Positions 1 through 12,136 of a DNA stretch of 64,000 nt are shown here, in pieces. The translations under genes were made by a program, and so were the position numbers. The stretch's first letter is position 1, and each line of letters opens with the position of its first letter. This stretch comes from Eledone cirrhosa (lineage: Eukaryota), in assembly GCA_964016885.1 (NCBI GenBank), contig OZ024740.1:156302001-156366000 (forward strand), read 5' to 3'. The notes under the pieces were generated by a model. That model was not told the DNA's origin. It ran no database searches and was given only the letters and a program-made list of their open reading frames with translations.

Positions 1-1700
1 CAACTCCAACTTCCGCAGCAGTGGCTCGAGAGCCAATACGTACAAAAGGGAGGAGAGGGGGCACCCCTGCCTGATGGACCGGGTGATTTGGAACGGCTCC
101 GAGAGGTAGCCGTTTACTTTAACCCTAGAGCAGACGTTGCCACTGTGCATGGCAGAAATCCAGCCCCTGAAAACGGGTCCGAAGCCCGCCGCCGTTAGCA
201 CCGCATCCAGGTAACCATGGTCGACCCTATCGAACGCCTTAGATTGATCCAAGTTGATCAATCTAAGGCGAACCCACCAAAGCCGGGTTCGTTCCCAACC
301 CTCTCTACGATGTATCGCATGAGGTGGAGGTTGTCGTTAATGGACCTGGACGGGATAGCGCATGTCTGCGCGTCTCCCACCAAGCCACCCACCACAAGCG
401 CCAACCTCTTCGCTAACACCTTGGCCAAAATCTGTAACTCTGCATTCAGCAGAGTTATGGGCCTAAAGTTACTTAAGTCGTCCCCCTTGCTCTCGTCCTT
501 CCTCACTAGCGTGACTACGCCCTTGGTCACAGAACAGGGAATTCTCCCGTTCTGTTGCCAGTTGCAATAGACAGCCTCGAGGAGTTCGGAGAACAAGACC
601 GGCATAGCTAAATAAAGTTCGTATGGTAGACCATCGAGACCCGGAGATTTGCGTCTGCTGCATTGGCTGAGCGCTTCCCCGATTTCAGTGGCTGTGATTG
701 GCCTTTCGCAGCACTCCGCTTCGCCGCTTGAAAGACGCGGTAGACCGTCGAGGTATGGACCGAAGTCCACATCCCCGTCCGGGCCCCCGCCCCCTCCGAA
801 CAGTCGAGCAAAGTGCCTTTGAAAGGCCTCGCACATCCGCTCAGGTTCAAGGATCACCCGTCCATCCTGGTCTCGCAAAGACCGAATGGTGGATTTAATC
901 CCACTCTTGGCTTCTGTCACGCGGGCCCAGCTAACAGCTTTGGTCCCCTCGTTTCCTAAAGCACGTATTTTACTTCGGACAACGCAGCCTTCGTTCTTCG
1001 CGTCAAAAAACTGGCTCAACGCCGTTCTCGACGCTAACACTCTGGCCACGTCTCCGCTCCTAATCGCCTCTTCTAGTTTATCTGTCAACTCCCTTTCCCT
1101 CCTATTTCTATTCGCCGCTAGTTCCTTACTGTAACCTATCGAACTTACTCTAATCTCTCTCTTTAGAGATACCCACCACCTGCTGTTGACGATCGCTCCC
1201 GTCAACCGCATCTTAACTAAGCTACTAATCCGGTTCCTGTAAGCTTCCTTTGCCGGCAAGGACAAGTTCATCTTCCAGTAACTGGGACCCTGTCTATGCG
1301 TTCTATCAAGGTTGACCACGCAGGTCACTAATTTGTGATCTGAATAGCCAACCATGAGCAATTCTGGACAACTAAATACGTCCCTATCCTTACTCCTAAC
1401 CAAAAACCTATCTAGGTACGATCTAGATTGACCACTGCGGTTTTCCCAGGTCCAGGTTGGCACAGTTGGAAAATCTAGTCGAAATCTATCGACCAGGTCG
1501 AATCGATCGAATAACCCCTTGAGGCTGCTACACCCCCCTCTATCGGGACATGCCCCTGCATAGTCCCAACGCGCATCTAGGATTCCATTCCAGTCCCCCA
1601 CTAAAATTCTTTCAGTAGGGTGGATCGTTGCCTCAGCTACCCGCTCTCTTTCAGTTTGTTTAGTGGGCGTGTCATCGTTACCTGTGGTAATGGCTTCCAT
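1..1700 (-). pseudogene. Tx1-like ORF2 (partial endonuclease + RT), frameshifted near 265
   Basis: The frame ends GFGGFALD where copy C reads GFGGALINLDQSKAFD. RT-like sequence continues to position 1 in another frame. Confidence 0.85.
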
Positions 1701-1910
1701 TACCACTAGCGTAGAGACAATTGCAAGATTTTTAGGATGAAAAATTTCACCCCAAAAGAGGTGAAATAAATTAACCCTAATATCCGAAGACCCAGGCAAG
1801 GGGGTTAATTAACACAATAACGCAAGAATACAGACAAACACTTACTGTTAACACGTAATATCTCCAATATTCGCGGAGCCGATGTGAAGCACGTCTATGC
1901 CATCCGGCGA
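1..1910 (-). mobile_element. L1/Tx1-like LINE copy A: putative 5' UTR, internally deleted ORF1/endonuclease, RT running off the window start
   Basis: ORF 258..1799 has APE-endonuclease motifs (GDWN, SYLDR, SDH) and RT N-terminal motifs (KSPGLDGLP, FRPITLLN). It is closely similar to copy C. The 5' end abuts (GATA)n at ~1910. Confidence 0.9.
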
Positions 1911-1930
1911 TAGATAGATAGATAGATATC

Positions 1931-2296
1931 TTTCTTTATTTGCCACAGGGGCGTACACAAATGGGACACTACAAGACGTGACGACGGGGGTTTTTACATA
2001 AAAATAACTTTAACATTAATAAATAACAATAAACAATATATAATAAAATAACAATTGAAATCCCCAATAGGGGAGAACGTTACTGCAGGGTTGTTTTACA
2101 TCCCGTGGATAGAACAACCCTCAACACCAGGAACATGTTTTGTAGGTGTTCCTCTCTTCCCTCTGTTTATCTTCCTCAACTTACAGGTTTATATACAAAG
2201 AAGGCCCATTCACTCGAGCCATTTTTGTCACATTCACCCACCTTTCAGCGAATTTACTGGGGTGTAGCACCTCTCTCTCCACTCTCACCTTCCTTC
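1931..2296 (-). mobile_element. L1/Tx1-like copy B: 3'-terminal ~370 bp of a related subfamily
   Basis: The minus strand encodes ...VEREVLHPSKFAERWVNVTKMARVNGPSLYINL*. The 3' UTR ends GTGGCAAATAAAGAAAG and runs into (ATCT)n. Confidence 0.85.
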
Positions 2297-2314
2297 TGAA
2301 GTGATACTTAAAGA

Positions 2315-2391
2315 GACAGACAGACACATAGATAGATAGATAGGTAGGTAGATAGATAGATAGATAGATAGAGATAGGTAGATAGATAGAT
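2315..2391. repeat. (GACA)/(GATA)n microsatellite between Tx1 copies B and C
   Basis: Read directly from the sequence. Confidence 0.95.
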
Positions 2392-5300
2392 TTCTTTTAT
2401 TTGCCACTAGGGCATCAAAAGTGGGACAAGTACAAAGGGGGGAGTTTACACAAAAAGGCGTCCTCAATAAGGAGGAGGCAATAACAAAATATAAAAATAA
2501 AATAAGATATAACAAAAAATAAAATTTTTAACAAAATCCTCAATAAAGAGGAGGCGCCTTGGGGGATCGCACACACCCCCGAAAAAAGTGTGCAACCCTT
2601 CTCCTCAGGAGCACAGAGAAGGGGTGCTCCCTTGGTCTTTCATCTTCCTCACCTATAGTCTGATGTAGAGTGAAGGCCCATTCACACGGGCCATTCTCGC
2701 CACTTTCACCCATCTTTCATAGAAACGGCTGGGGTGCAGCACCTCTCTCTCCATCCTGATCCTTCTTCCGAAATGATATCGGAAGAAACGGACCAGTTGT
2801 TGGCCAGAGAGAAAGGTGCCTGACCTCAGTCCTTTCAGACGCGTCCACCATACAACCTCTTTCGCCATGGCTATTACGCACAGAAACACCGCCTCTGCTT
2901 CATCTTTGAAGGGGGGAGGCGGCTTGATCATTACAATAGACTCGGTGGTCAACCGGATCGGTCCCACCCTTGACAGCAGTTGTTCGACATAGCCCCACAG
3001 ATCGGCTGCGCCCGAGCAGTGTACCAATGCGTGTGCAACGGTTTCCTCGTCGCACACGCATCTGGGACAGATCTTTTTGGCGGGGTCCCTACCCGGGCGC
3101 CCGTGTCTGTAGAGCCTTTCTCGAACGGGTAAAGCCCCTCGGTAGCACTGCCAGGCCAGGGACTTCTGGAAGTTGTCCATAGGTCCCGGGCTGAATGTCC
3201 TACCGAACAGGCTGGCCAGTTCGTCCTCCTCCATGTCTAGGGCTTCTCCGAGGGCGTCGTCGCACCTGCTGCGTACCAGCCCTCTATAGAATGTTGCGGT
3301 GGAGTCTCCACTGATAACCGGATCCGCCTGCCAGAGGGCGGTGAGCGCCTGGGCACACTCAGTGTGCCAGGCGCCCAGTTTTCTCGGTCTTTGCTTGACC
3401 CAGGATTGCAGCTCGGTGAGTGAGACGAGTCTGGGAAAGGTTCGTCTCACAAACGAGGCCCACACCGGTTGTCCGGTGAGGAATACGTAGAGGTGCCGTA
3501 GCCTTAATGCGTGTTTACGCATCATTAGCCACGGCATCCCCAGCCCTCCTTTCGAAGGGTGTTGACAGCAGATGGATCTCCTCACCATAGGAGCCCGCCT
3601 CTTCCAAAGGAATTGGAAGAGCGCGCGCTCCATCTTGGTGAGGGTTTCCCTTGGGCAGGGCACTACGGTCAGGCGGTAGTAGATGACGGACGCTATGTAG
3701 GTGTTCGCCACCTCCGCCCGACCTTTCAGGGATAGTTTGCAACTGGCCCACTTCTGGGTCAGTGCAAACACCCTGTTCGTAACCTCCGCCCAGTTTTTCT
3801 CCACCTGGAGGTCCGGTCCGAACCAGACCCCGAGCAACTTCACCGGGCCCTCCGTCCAGCGTCCGACGACGCCATCGGAGGGCATCGGTCTGCCCCTCCA
3901 CGTGCCGAGTTGCAAACCGATCGACTTGTCCCGGTTCAGCTTAGCCCCTGTGAACTTTTCGTACTCCTCCAGTAAGGTGCCGACCGCCTCGATTTCGGAG
4001 GCCGTCGACACCATTACTGTCACGTCATCGGCGTAGGCCGACACCGCTTTCCGCAATCCCGGTTCCAAAGGGATGCCCTGCAACAACTCCAACTTCCGCA
4101 GTAGTGGCTCGAGAGTCAACACATACAGAAGGGAGGAGAGAGGGCACCCTTGTCGGATGGACCGCGCGATTTTGAACGGCTCCGAGAGGTAGCCGTTCAC
4201 TTTGACCCTAGAGCAGATGCGGCTGCTGTGCATAGCAGTGATCCAGCCCCTGAAAACGGGTCCGAAGCCTGCCGCCGCTAGCACCGCATCCAGGTAACCA
4301 TGGTCGACCCTATCGAACGCCTTAGATTGATCCAAGTTGATCAGAGCCCCACCAAAGCCGGGTTCGTTCCCAACCCTCTCTATGATGTATCGCATGAGGT
4401 GGAGGTTGTCATGGATGGACCTGGACGGGATAGCGCATGTCTGCGCATCTCCCACCAGGTTGCCCACGACAAGCGCCAACATCTTTGCTAGCACCTTGGC
4501 CAAAATCTGTAACTCTGTATTTAGCAGAGTTATGGGCCTGAAGTTACTTATTTCGTCCCCCTTGTTCTCGTCCTTCCTCACTAGCGTGACTACGCCCTTG
4601 GTCACAGTACAGGGAATTCTCCCGTTCTGTTGCCAGTTGCAGTAGACCGCCTCGAGGAGATCGGGGAACAAGTCCGGCATAGCTAGATATAATTCGTAAG
4701 GAAGACCATCGAGACCCGGGGATTTGCGTTTGCCGCATTGGCTCAGCACGTCCTCTATCTCAGCGGCCGAAATCGGTTCCTCGCAGGACTTCGCCTCCCT
4801 GTCCGAGAGGCGCGGCAGGCCGTCGAGGTATGGACCGAAGTCCACGTTCCCAACCGGCTCCCCGCCCCTCCCGAACAGTCGGGCAAAGTGCCTTTGAAAG
4901 GCCTCACACATCTGCTTAGGCTCAAGAATCGCCCGTCCATCCAGGTCTCGCAAAGACCGGATGGTGGATTTAGTTCCACTGTTGGCCTCTGTCACGCGGG
5001 CCCAGCTAACAGCTTTGGTCCCCTCGTTCCCTAGAGCACGTATTTTACTTCGGACAACGCAGCCTTCGTGCTTCGCGTCGAAAAACTGGCTCAAAGCCGT
5101 TCTCGACGCTAGCACTCTGGCCACGTCGCCGCTTCTAATTGCCTCTTCTACTTTATCTATTAGCTCCCTTTCCTTCCTATTCCTATCCGCAGCTAGAACC
5201 TTACTAAATTCTATCGAGACTACTCTAATCTCTCTCTTTAGAGATACCCACCACCTGCTGTTGACGATCGCTCCAGTCAACCGTTCCTTAACTAACGTAC

Positions 5301-5422
5301 TAATCCGATTCCTGTAGGCTCTACTTGCCGGCAAGGACAAGTTGAGCTTCCAGTAACCGGGGCCCTGTCTATGAGTTCTGTCAAGGTTGACCATGCAGGT
5401 CACTAATTTGTGGTCTGAATAG
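2392..5422 (-). mobile_element. L1/Tx1-like copy C, 5'-truncated, with open RT and 3' UTR
   Basis: Carries the 916-aa ORF. The 3' end GTGGCAAATAAAAGAA joins (ATCT)n, and the 5' end also abuts (GATA)n. Confidence 0.95.
2653..5403 (-). CDS. Tx1/L1-type ORF2 (RT + C-terminal CCHC zinc knuckle), 5'-truncated within the endonuclease
   Basis: Motifs LDQSKAFDRV, RQGCPLS, AYADDV and CPRC...ETVAHALVHC. No internal stops over 916 codons. Confidence 0.92.
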   Translation of the reverse strand: MTCMVNLDRTHRQGPGYWKLNLSLPASRAYRNRISTLVKERLTGAIVNSRWWVSLKREIRVVSIEFSKVLAADRNRKERELIDKVEEAIRSGDVARVLASRTALSQFFDAKHEGCVVRSKIRALGNEGTKAVSWARVTEANSGTKSTIRSLRDLDGRAILEPKQMCEAFQRHFARLFGRGGEPVGNVDFGPYLDGLPRLSDREAKSCEEPISAAEIEDVLSQCGKRKSPGLDGLPYELYLAMPDLFPDLLEAVYCNWQQNGRIPCTVTKGVVTLVRKDENKGDEISNFRPITLLNTELQILAKVLAKMLALVVGNLVGDAQTCAIPSRSIHDNLHLMRYIIERVGNEPGFGGALINLDQSKAFDRVDHGYLDAVLAAAGFGPVFRGWITAMHSSRICSRVKVNGYLSEPFKIARSIRQGCPLSSLLYVLTLEPLLRKLELLQGIPLEPGLRKAVSAYADDVTVMVSTASEIEAVGTLLEEYEKFTGAKLNRDKSIGLQLGTWRGRPMPSDGVVGRWTEGPVKLLGVWFGPDLQVEKNWAEVTNRVFALTQKWASCKLSLKGRAEVANTYIASVIYYRLTVVPCPRETLTKMERALFQFLWKRRAPMVRRSICCQHPSKGGLGMPWLMMRKHALRLRHLYVFLTGQPVWASFVRRTFPRLVSLTELQSWVKQRPRKLGAWHTECAQALTALWQADPVISGDSTATFYRGLVRSRCDDALGEALDMEEDELASLFGRTFSPGPMDNFQKSLAWQCYRGALPVRERLYRHGRPGRDPAKKICPRCVCDEETVAHALVHCSGAADLWGYVEQLLSRVGPIRLTTESIVMIKPPPPFKDEAEAVFLCVIAMAKEVVWWTRLKGLRSGTFLSGQQLVRFFRYHFGRRIRMEREVLHPSRFYERWVKVARMARVNGPSLYIRL

Positions 5423-5520
5423 GTAGATAGATAGATAGATAGATAGATAGAGAGAGATAGATAAATATATATATATATAGATATATAGATAGATAGATAG
5501 ATAGGTAGATAGATATCTAT
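5423..5520. repeat. (GATA)n/(TA)n microsatellite
   Basis: Read directly from the sequence. Confidence 0.95.
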
Positions 5521-6926
5521 CCGTGTGAATACTTAATAGCTTCATGCTTTACAATTGGCTATATAAAGGAAATTTTCTGTGATCTCGTAAATATTTTGAA
5601 AGCTTAAATCACAAAAGAAAAAGATTGAAAAAGAAATAGAGCATAACAATTTGTGTCCCAAAAGATCATTTCTGACGTGAAAACTAGCTCAACGTCAAGT
5701 GATTTTTATGAAAGCATGGTGGATTAAATGGGCGTCATGTTTTCACTACCACATTATTGTTTTCAATCATGGAAGTTTGAAAGTTTATTTTAAATTTATT
5801 TAATGTGGTAAATAAATATATACATATACATCTGGTCGAACTCAAGGGAGCTAAACTCCCACAATAATCTGCCCCCCGTCTCTCGCGCTTTCCCCATTTC
5901 TCACTATTATAATGGCGAGGAAGACGCACCAGAAGTGCCAAAGTTTATCTCAGTGTCATTCGAAGTCAATACACTAAAGTTAAAGATAAACTAAAGTTTA
6001 TCTCAGTGCGATTCGAACTAATACCACAATATATCAAACCCAACGTTCTACTGATTCTATTAGTTAATCTATTTTTACAATATCATTATCTCTAAACAAA
6101 CCTTTCCTCTCTATCAGCTGTCATGAAGACCATGCAAGGGTTATGTGCACTGCGCTTCCTTCTCTGACTACACAGTAAAAAAAGAAGATTCAGAATCTGG
6201 ATTCATTGGAAAGATGCGGTCGAAAAGTTTAAAAAGCCCCTGCGTACGATTGAGTTTTTTCCAATCTACAGGAAGATTTGAAAGTTAATCAATAGGATGG
6301 GAAGTGCTTCCGACTCTTTCCAGAGCCTACATGGCAGATGGGAGGGAGGATAGAATCATCATAGTGGAGACCTTACCCAAATGTTTGCAAAAAATGAACT
6401 CCACTAAAGACACGCAAGGAACAAGTGAGGGTTTTAAACCGGATGAAAGATTAAGTCTACCGCACAGGTAGGAATTTTCGCTCAGAACATAAATGTTTGG
6501 GACAAATACCACAAGTCTAACGCTCTACCGCCACTGTCAATTTTACATTTTTACTGCTTCGTATTTCAGTAAGTGAATTAGTACTTGGATGGGATAGTGG
6601 CTATGAGTACTTTTTTGGCGGTTCAAGACTATTGAAGTTATACAACCTCAAACCGGGGATCTGTCCGGAATACTTGCAACAAAAATGACTAAATACATCA
6701 AAGTGCCAGATGGTGGTGTTAAACAAGATGATAAACTAAAACTGCTAGATATCAAGATATAATTATTCCGTCAGTCTATTACCCTGAACTAGTACAATAT
6801 TCTATCGACACCCTGAAAAAATAAAAGATAAAGTTGACTTCAGTGGTAGCGCTCAAACGTAGTTAGTGTCTTCTCTAAATATTTCTCCTTTTTTACGCAT
6901 GTTTATCTACATTAATGTACATTTTA

Positions 6927-6963
6927 CTGAGGAGGTCTAATAGAGTGAAACACGTTCGGTGTT
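6927..6963 (+). ncRNA. Degenerate hammerhead-like motif
   Basis: CUGAGGA-GGUCUAAUAGAGU-GAA-ACAC GUUCG GUGU-U. Helix III pairs, helix II has a mismatch and helix I is not evident. Confidence 0.35.
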
Positions 6964-7167
6964 GTCTCACATATTTAAAATAATACCAGTCTTTGATTAA
7001 CATTAATTTTTAAGTATCAATTGAATTGGATAGTTGCAGAGTAACAGCACATTATAAAATTCTGAAACATGGCTATTATTTCTATTAAAAATGATTGTTC
7101 ATCTCTAGTTTTCTGATTTTTCATCTTTACCATTTCTAAAACTCTACGTTTCAAAAGGTTTAATCAA

Positions 7168-7283
<116 letters not shown>

Positions 7284-7974
7284 GAAAAAATAAAGATAGA
7301 GAGTAGAAATGTTGATGCTCTGACGTGCGTTGAAGCTTCTAACTCTAGGTTAATTTTCAATAAATTCATATATATGTTTATATTGTTATAACGGCTATAT
7401 CTGGAGGAAATGGCTACACACATGCTCTTTTCAATCCCTCTGTTACGGGTGACATTATCGCATTAATGTTTAAGTTAAACAGTTGCCACTTTACTGCTTC
7501 AGGATATCATGGTGAGAGGGGCAGTTTCAGATGGCCTATTATCTGGAAAGAAAGGTCTGGACGTAGTTAGCGCCGATCTTGGGGACCGGGCAGATTCAAT
7601 ATAAATGACGAAAAGGGAGACGAGTAGGTTGGAAAGGCTTAAGTGGAGAGGATACTAGACCAACTAGATCAGAGACCACAGTAATGATAGAAAATGCAGA
7701 GTGAGAAGAAGCACGTCCGTGTGTCATATTTTGGAGAGTGGTGGTAAGCGTATTTGTAACAAACAGTTGAGATGTTTTTTTATGATGTTTCATATACCAC
7801 ATCATTTAGCTGAAAATGAATGAACACAAGCGTTATCTGTCATTTAATCCAGTGACGGACTTACATACCATTCTAGATTGATGTCTTGTATTCTAAGATG
7901 CTGAATACCTCATGAAAGTGGATAAGCTCCCTCCTTTGTCCAATCCAAGCAAGCTTGGAATAACATGCTTTAAA

Positions 7975-8165
7975 ATAATTGTTTCTATTTTTGGCACAAG
8001 GCCAGCAATTATCCCAGTACATTACTGGTACTTTATTTTATCGACCCCGTAAGGATGAAAGGCAAAGTTAATCTCGGCGGGATTTGAACTCAGACCGTAA
8101 AGGGACGTAACTCTTGCTGCAAAGCATGGCGTCCGACCCTCTACTGATACTGCCAATCCACCATC
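7975..8165 (-). mobile_element. tRNA-derived CORE-like SINE (octopus-type)
   Basis: B-box-like GAGTTCAAATCCC followed by TTTGCCTTTCATCCTTACGGGGTCGATAAAATAAAGTACCAG. About ten related copies occur in the window. Confidence 0.8.
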
Positions 8166-8689
8166 TGTATGTGCAGTTGCAATACTGTTCCAAATTTGGG
8201 AGCTCTATTTCATAGTAGGTTTCACTTTGAATTAGTTACTTGTTGGGAACTGAAGTATTTAGAGGTCTTTCCGAAGATGTGATTCAGTTTTTGACATGTA
8301 AAGGATAGTAGATCATAATCAGAAATGCGGAAGTGGTTATATAATTCAAAGGAATCTTAATATGTTTCATTTCTAGATATATTTACAAATGACTATGTTT
8401 AAGCGAGTTTCTACATTTTCCCGTATATTTATATTAGTAGCTTATTTATTGACATTATTGTATTTAATCGTTTTAGTTCTGCTGTCACCTTCACACATAT
8501 ATCTATATGCAAACATTATCCATGCATAGAGGCCACGCCTAGTACACACACACAAATACATACATTCATTTTATTCTATGCACTAACAACTCCTCCAATT
8601 CGAGCAAGAAGCGATTTCCTTCATGTATACGTAAGAATCTTTAGAATCTTTAGAATACATGTAATAGGAAATTTTTTACACTTCGTGTT

Positions 8690-8850
8690 CGAGTTGGCAG
8701 AGTCGTTAAGACGTCGGATAGAATGCTTTACAGTATCTGTCCCACCTCTTTGTGCGCTCTGAGTTCAAATCCCACCGTGGTCAACTTTGCCTTTCATCCT
8801 TTCGAGGTCGATAAAAAAAATGACCAGTCCAGTACTAGGGTCGATTCTTC
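8690..8850 (+). mobile_element. SINE, same family
   Basis: GAGTTCAAATCCCACCGTGGTCAACTTTGCCTTTCATCCTTTCGAGGTCGATAAAA. Confidence 0.75.
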
Positions 8851-9538
8851 CTCTATAGAAAAAAATCAGCTGTGTTGAGACCTGGAGAGGGTTGGGCTCC
8901 ACCAGGTTTAAAAGTGCTCTACACACGCCATTTGACGCCAAGGAGTTATAGACACGCCAAGGAGTTATGGGATCTTTATCTTTCATCCTTATATATATAT
9001 ATATATATAAAATCTTAGAACACTGAGACCTCAAACGACACTGCCAAATCAACCAGTTTGTAAACATATTACATTCAATATAAACATATTGTATAAGTAA
9101 TGTATATATAAGTGAAATGTGTAATTCCCAGATGAATCATATTACGTCTCGTAATTTTAATAATTGCAATTGTGAGCAAGTGTGAGATAGGGGTTGCAAA
9201 GTTCACTTGTGTTACCACAAACTTCAGCACGTTGAAAATCTTTTTTGTTACCCAACAACTTGTGCGCACGCATATAGATATATTTTTATATTATTTTTCG
9301 TGAGAATCTGCAAAGTCATCCAACATACTTGTCTTTGCTATTTGTTAGATTCATGTACAAAGACACGGAAACAACGACACTATCATGTACCCACAGATGG
9401 CATAGCTTACACACGCACTCACCCACACGCGTATATATATATATATATAAGGTAAGATATTCCGGGTTGAATCGGAGGTAACCACAGTAAGTAAGGCACT
9501 CAATACATAGCAGAGTATAACAGTTTTAATATAGATGA

Positions 9539-9586
9539 GATTCTACAGGACTAGAACTGTTTCATTTTCTAGAAATCATCAGGTAT

Positions 9587-9587
<1 letters not shown>
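9539..9587 (-). ncRNA. Type-I hammerhead ribozyme motif (family A)
   Basis: GAUAC-CUGAUGA-UUUCUAGAAAAU-GAA-ACAG UUCUAGUC CUGU-A-GAAUC. Helices I and II each have a mismatch. Confidence 0.55.
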
Positions 9588-9651
<64 letters not shown>

Positions 9652-9720
9652 AATCGGAGGTAACCACAGTAAGTAAGGTACTCAATACATAGCAGAGTAT
9701 AAAAGTTTTAATGTAGATGA

Positions 9721-9769
9721 GATTCTACAGGACTAGAACTGTTTCATTCTTTAGAAATCATCAGGAATC
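9721..9769 (-). ncRNA. Type-I hammerhead ribozyme motif (family A)
   Basis: GAUUC-CUGAUGA-U UUCU AA AGAA U-GAA-ACAG[UUCUAGUC]CUGU-A-GAAUC. Helices I and III pair fully, and the cleavage triplet is GUA. Confidence 0.7.
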
Positions 9770-9775
9770 CATATC

Positions 9776-9866
<91 letters not shown>

Positions 9867-10120
9867 ATGTGATTAACTTGTGATTACTAGCGGCGACGCT
9901 CGTCGAAACACTCGTTGGGTTGTGCTCCAGGTTTAAGGCGGCTATAATTTGCAGAGTGAATATATAAAGTGACAAGAAGTAGTCAAATTTGCAGCTTGTT
10001 ATGAAACTTTATTGCATATTACAACTATTTCGATATCGATCAGCTTGGGATCTGTTCGCCTGATCAAACCAAAGCATAACAAGCTGCAAATTTGACTAGT
10101 TTCATAAAAACCTGCAATTC

Positions 10121-10343
<223 letters not shown>

Positions 10344-10430
10344 GGAAAAATTTGAACAGGGACAAAACAGAGAGGCAGTACAACGAATGTTTATTAATTT
10401 CACGCTCTGGAGAGTGGGGTGTTGGTGGGG

Positions 10431-10465
10431 GACGACGTTTCGGGCATAAGCCCTTCCTCAGGTGA
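10431..10465 (-). ncRNA. Minimal PLE-type hammerhead motif
   Basis: CUGAGGA-A-GGGC UUAU GCCC-GAAACGUC. Helix II is perfect and helix I is weak. Confidence 0.55.
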
Positions 10466-10877
10466 GAAGTGTGTGGGAACAGAGTTCAAAGGGTAAAAAC
10501 GTAGGGAGGGGGAGTAAACACAGGAAAATTAAAGACAAAAAATCATAAAGGTAAAAACACAGGCGATCATGAACAAAAAATCATAAAGGTAAAAACACAG
10601 GCAATCGTGAACAAAAAATCATAGAAATAAAATTGTAAGAACACAGGCAAAGAATCATATACGGAAATAAACAAGTACAGTAACAAAATCAAACAGAGGT
10701 AATGCGTGGAAGGAAAGACCAAGTGTGGGAAGGTGTGTAAAGTTCGGAGAAAGGTCACGGCGGATTAGATCGGGGTTGAGCCGGTAGTTAAGTTATGTTC
10801 CAAGGAATGGAAGCCGTGTGAGCGTGTATTATATATATATATAGTTAAAAGAATAGAGGTGTAACACACAAGTTATT

Positions 10878-11409
10878 ATATATTGGTAAACGGAATAGAA
10901 AATGCTGACAAATTGTTCACAGTTGAAAAATGGTTTAATTAGGAATAAAAGAGTATTAGTGATTGTATGGGTTAGTATTCAGTTGTGGTTTTAAGTTTTT
11001 AAGTTTTTACCGGTTGCGCATTTCTAAATGCTTTTCAAAAATAATTTTGAGATAGAGTGTCCGTGCTGTTTGCTCTGATCTGATTAGTTTTGGGAATTCT
11101 ACCTGTTTTTATGTTAAAAAAATGGCTCCAGCGTTATTTTTGTGTTGCAAAAATGCTTGTGGTCAAAACAATTTTGATTGGTCGGTAGAGGTCATGTGAA
11201 TGTAAAAAGTTGATTTTGCGCCAAGACTGTTTTTATGTTAAAATGTTAGAAAAGTGGCTCCAGCAAAAAATATGGTCAAAACAATTTTGATTGGTCGGTA
11301 GAGGTCATGTGGATAAAAAATTGGTTTTGCGCCAAGATTGAGAAATGACTCTTTCACAACAAATGTGTGTGTGTGTATTGTCGCAGCATCGAACACCTTA
11401 CTACTACTA

Positions 11410-11449
<40 letters not shown>

Positions 11450-11925
11450 TTGTTGTGAAAGAGTCATTTCTCAATCTTGGCGCAAAACCAATTTTTTATC
11501 CACATGACCTCTACCGACCAATCAAAATTGTTTTGACCATAATTTTTGCTGGAGCCACTTTTCTAACATTTTAACATAAAAACAGTCTTGGCGCAAAATC
11601 AACTTTTTACATTCACATGACCTCTACCGACCAATCAAAATTGTTTTGACCACAAGCATTTTTGCAACACAAAAATAACGCTGGAGCCATTTTTTTAACA
11701 TAAAAACAGGTAGAATTCCCAAAACTAATCAGATCAGAGCAAACAGCACGGACACTCTATCTCAAAATTATTTTTGAAAAGCATTTAGAAATGCGCAACC
11801 GGTAAAAACTTAAAAACTTAAAACCACAACTGAATACTAACCCATACAATCACTAATACTCTTTTATTCCTAATTAAACCATTTTTCAACTGTGAACAAT
11901 TTGTCAGCATTTTCTATTCCGTTTA

Positions 11926-11932
<7 letters not shown>
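10878..11932. repeat. ~1.05 kb fold-back palindrome (arms ~500 bp) flanked by (TA)n, probably an inverted PLE pLTR pair
   Basis: 10878-11377 is the reverse complement of ~11432-11932. Each arm has an internal ~125-bp tandem duplication and a degenerate HHR (11004-11041 minus, 11771-11808 plus). Confidence 0.9.
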
Positions 11933-11965
<33 letters not shown>

Positions 11966-12136
11966 TCAGAGTAAACGAGGTAACGTTTAAGGTTATCCAA
12001 GTAGAGCTTACGAGTAATCTGTACCGTGGAGGATTCTTACGTGCGGAGTTGGTTGACGGTAAGCAGTTCCTGGAGTATTAATAACGAATGAATGAAGATT
12101 AATACGGATAAGATACGTAATAGGGTTTTATTCCAT

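Larger units (their letters stand above)
9448..9770 (-). mobile_element. Two tandem ~120-140 bp HHR-bearing pLTR-like modules separated by (TA)n(TG)n
   Basis: 9459-9588 is near-identical to 9651-9770. Related copies lie at 20752-20942, 22274-22336, 40794-41000 and 55050-55306. Confidence 0.75.

Noticed and set aside
217-5317. Plus-strand ORFs overlapping the Tx1 copies (e.g. MIRAPPKPG..., recurring at 16064, 18331 and 63228)
   Set aside because: They are antisense shadows of the RT frame and recur only because the element is repeated.
9885-9925. GACGCTCGTC-GAAAC hairpin as a hammerhead
   Set aside because: The upstream core is unrecognisable (CTAGCGGC) and helix I is absent.
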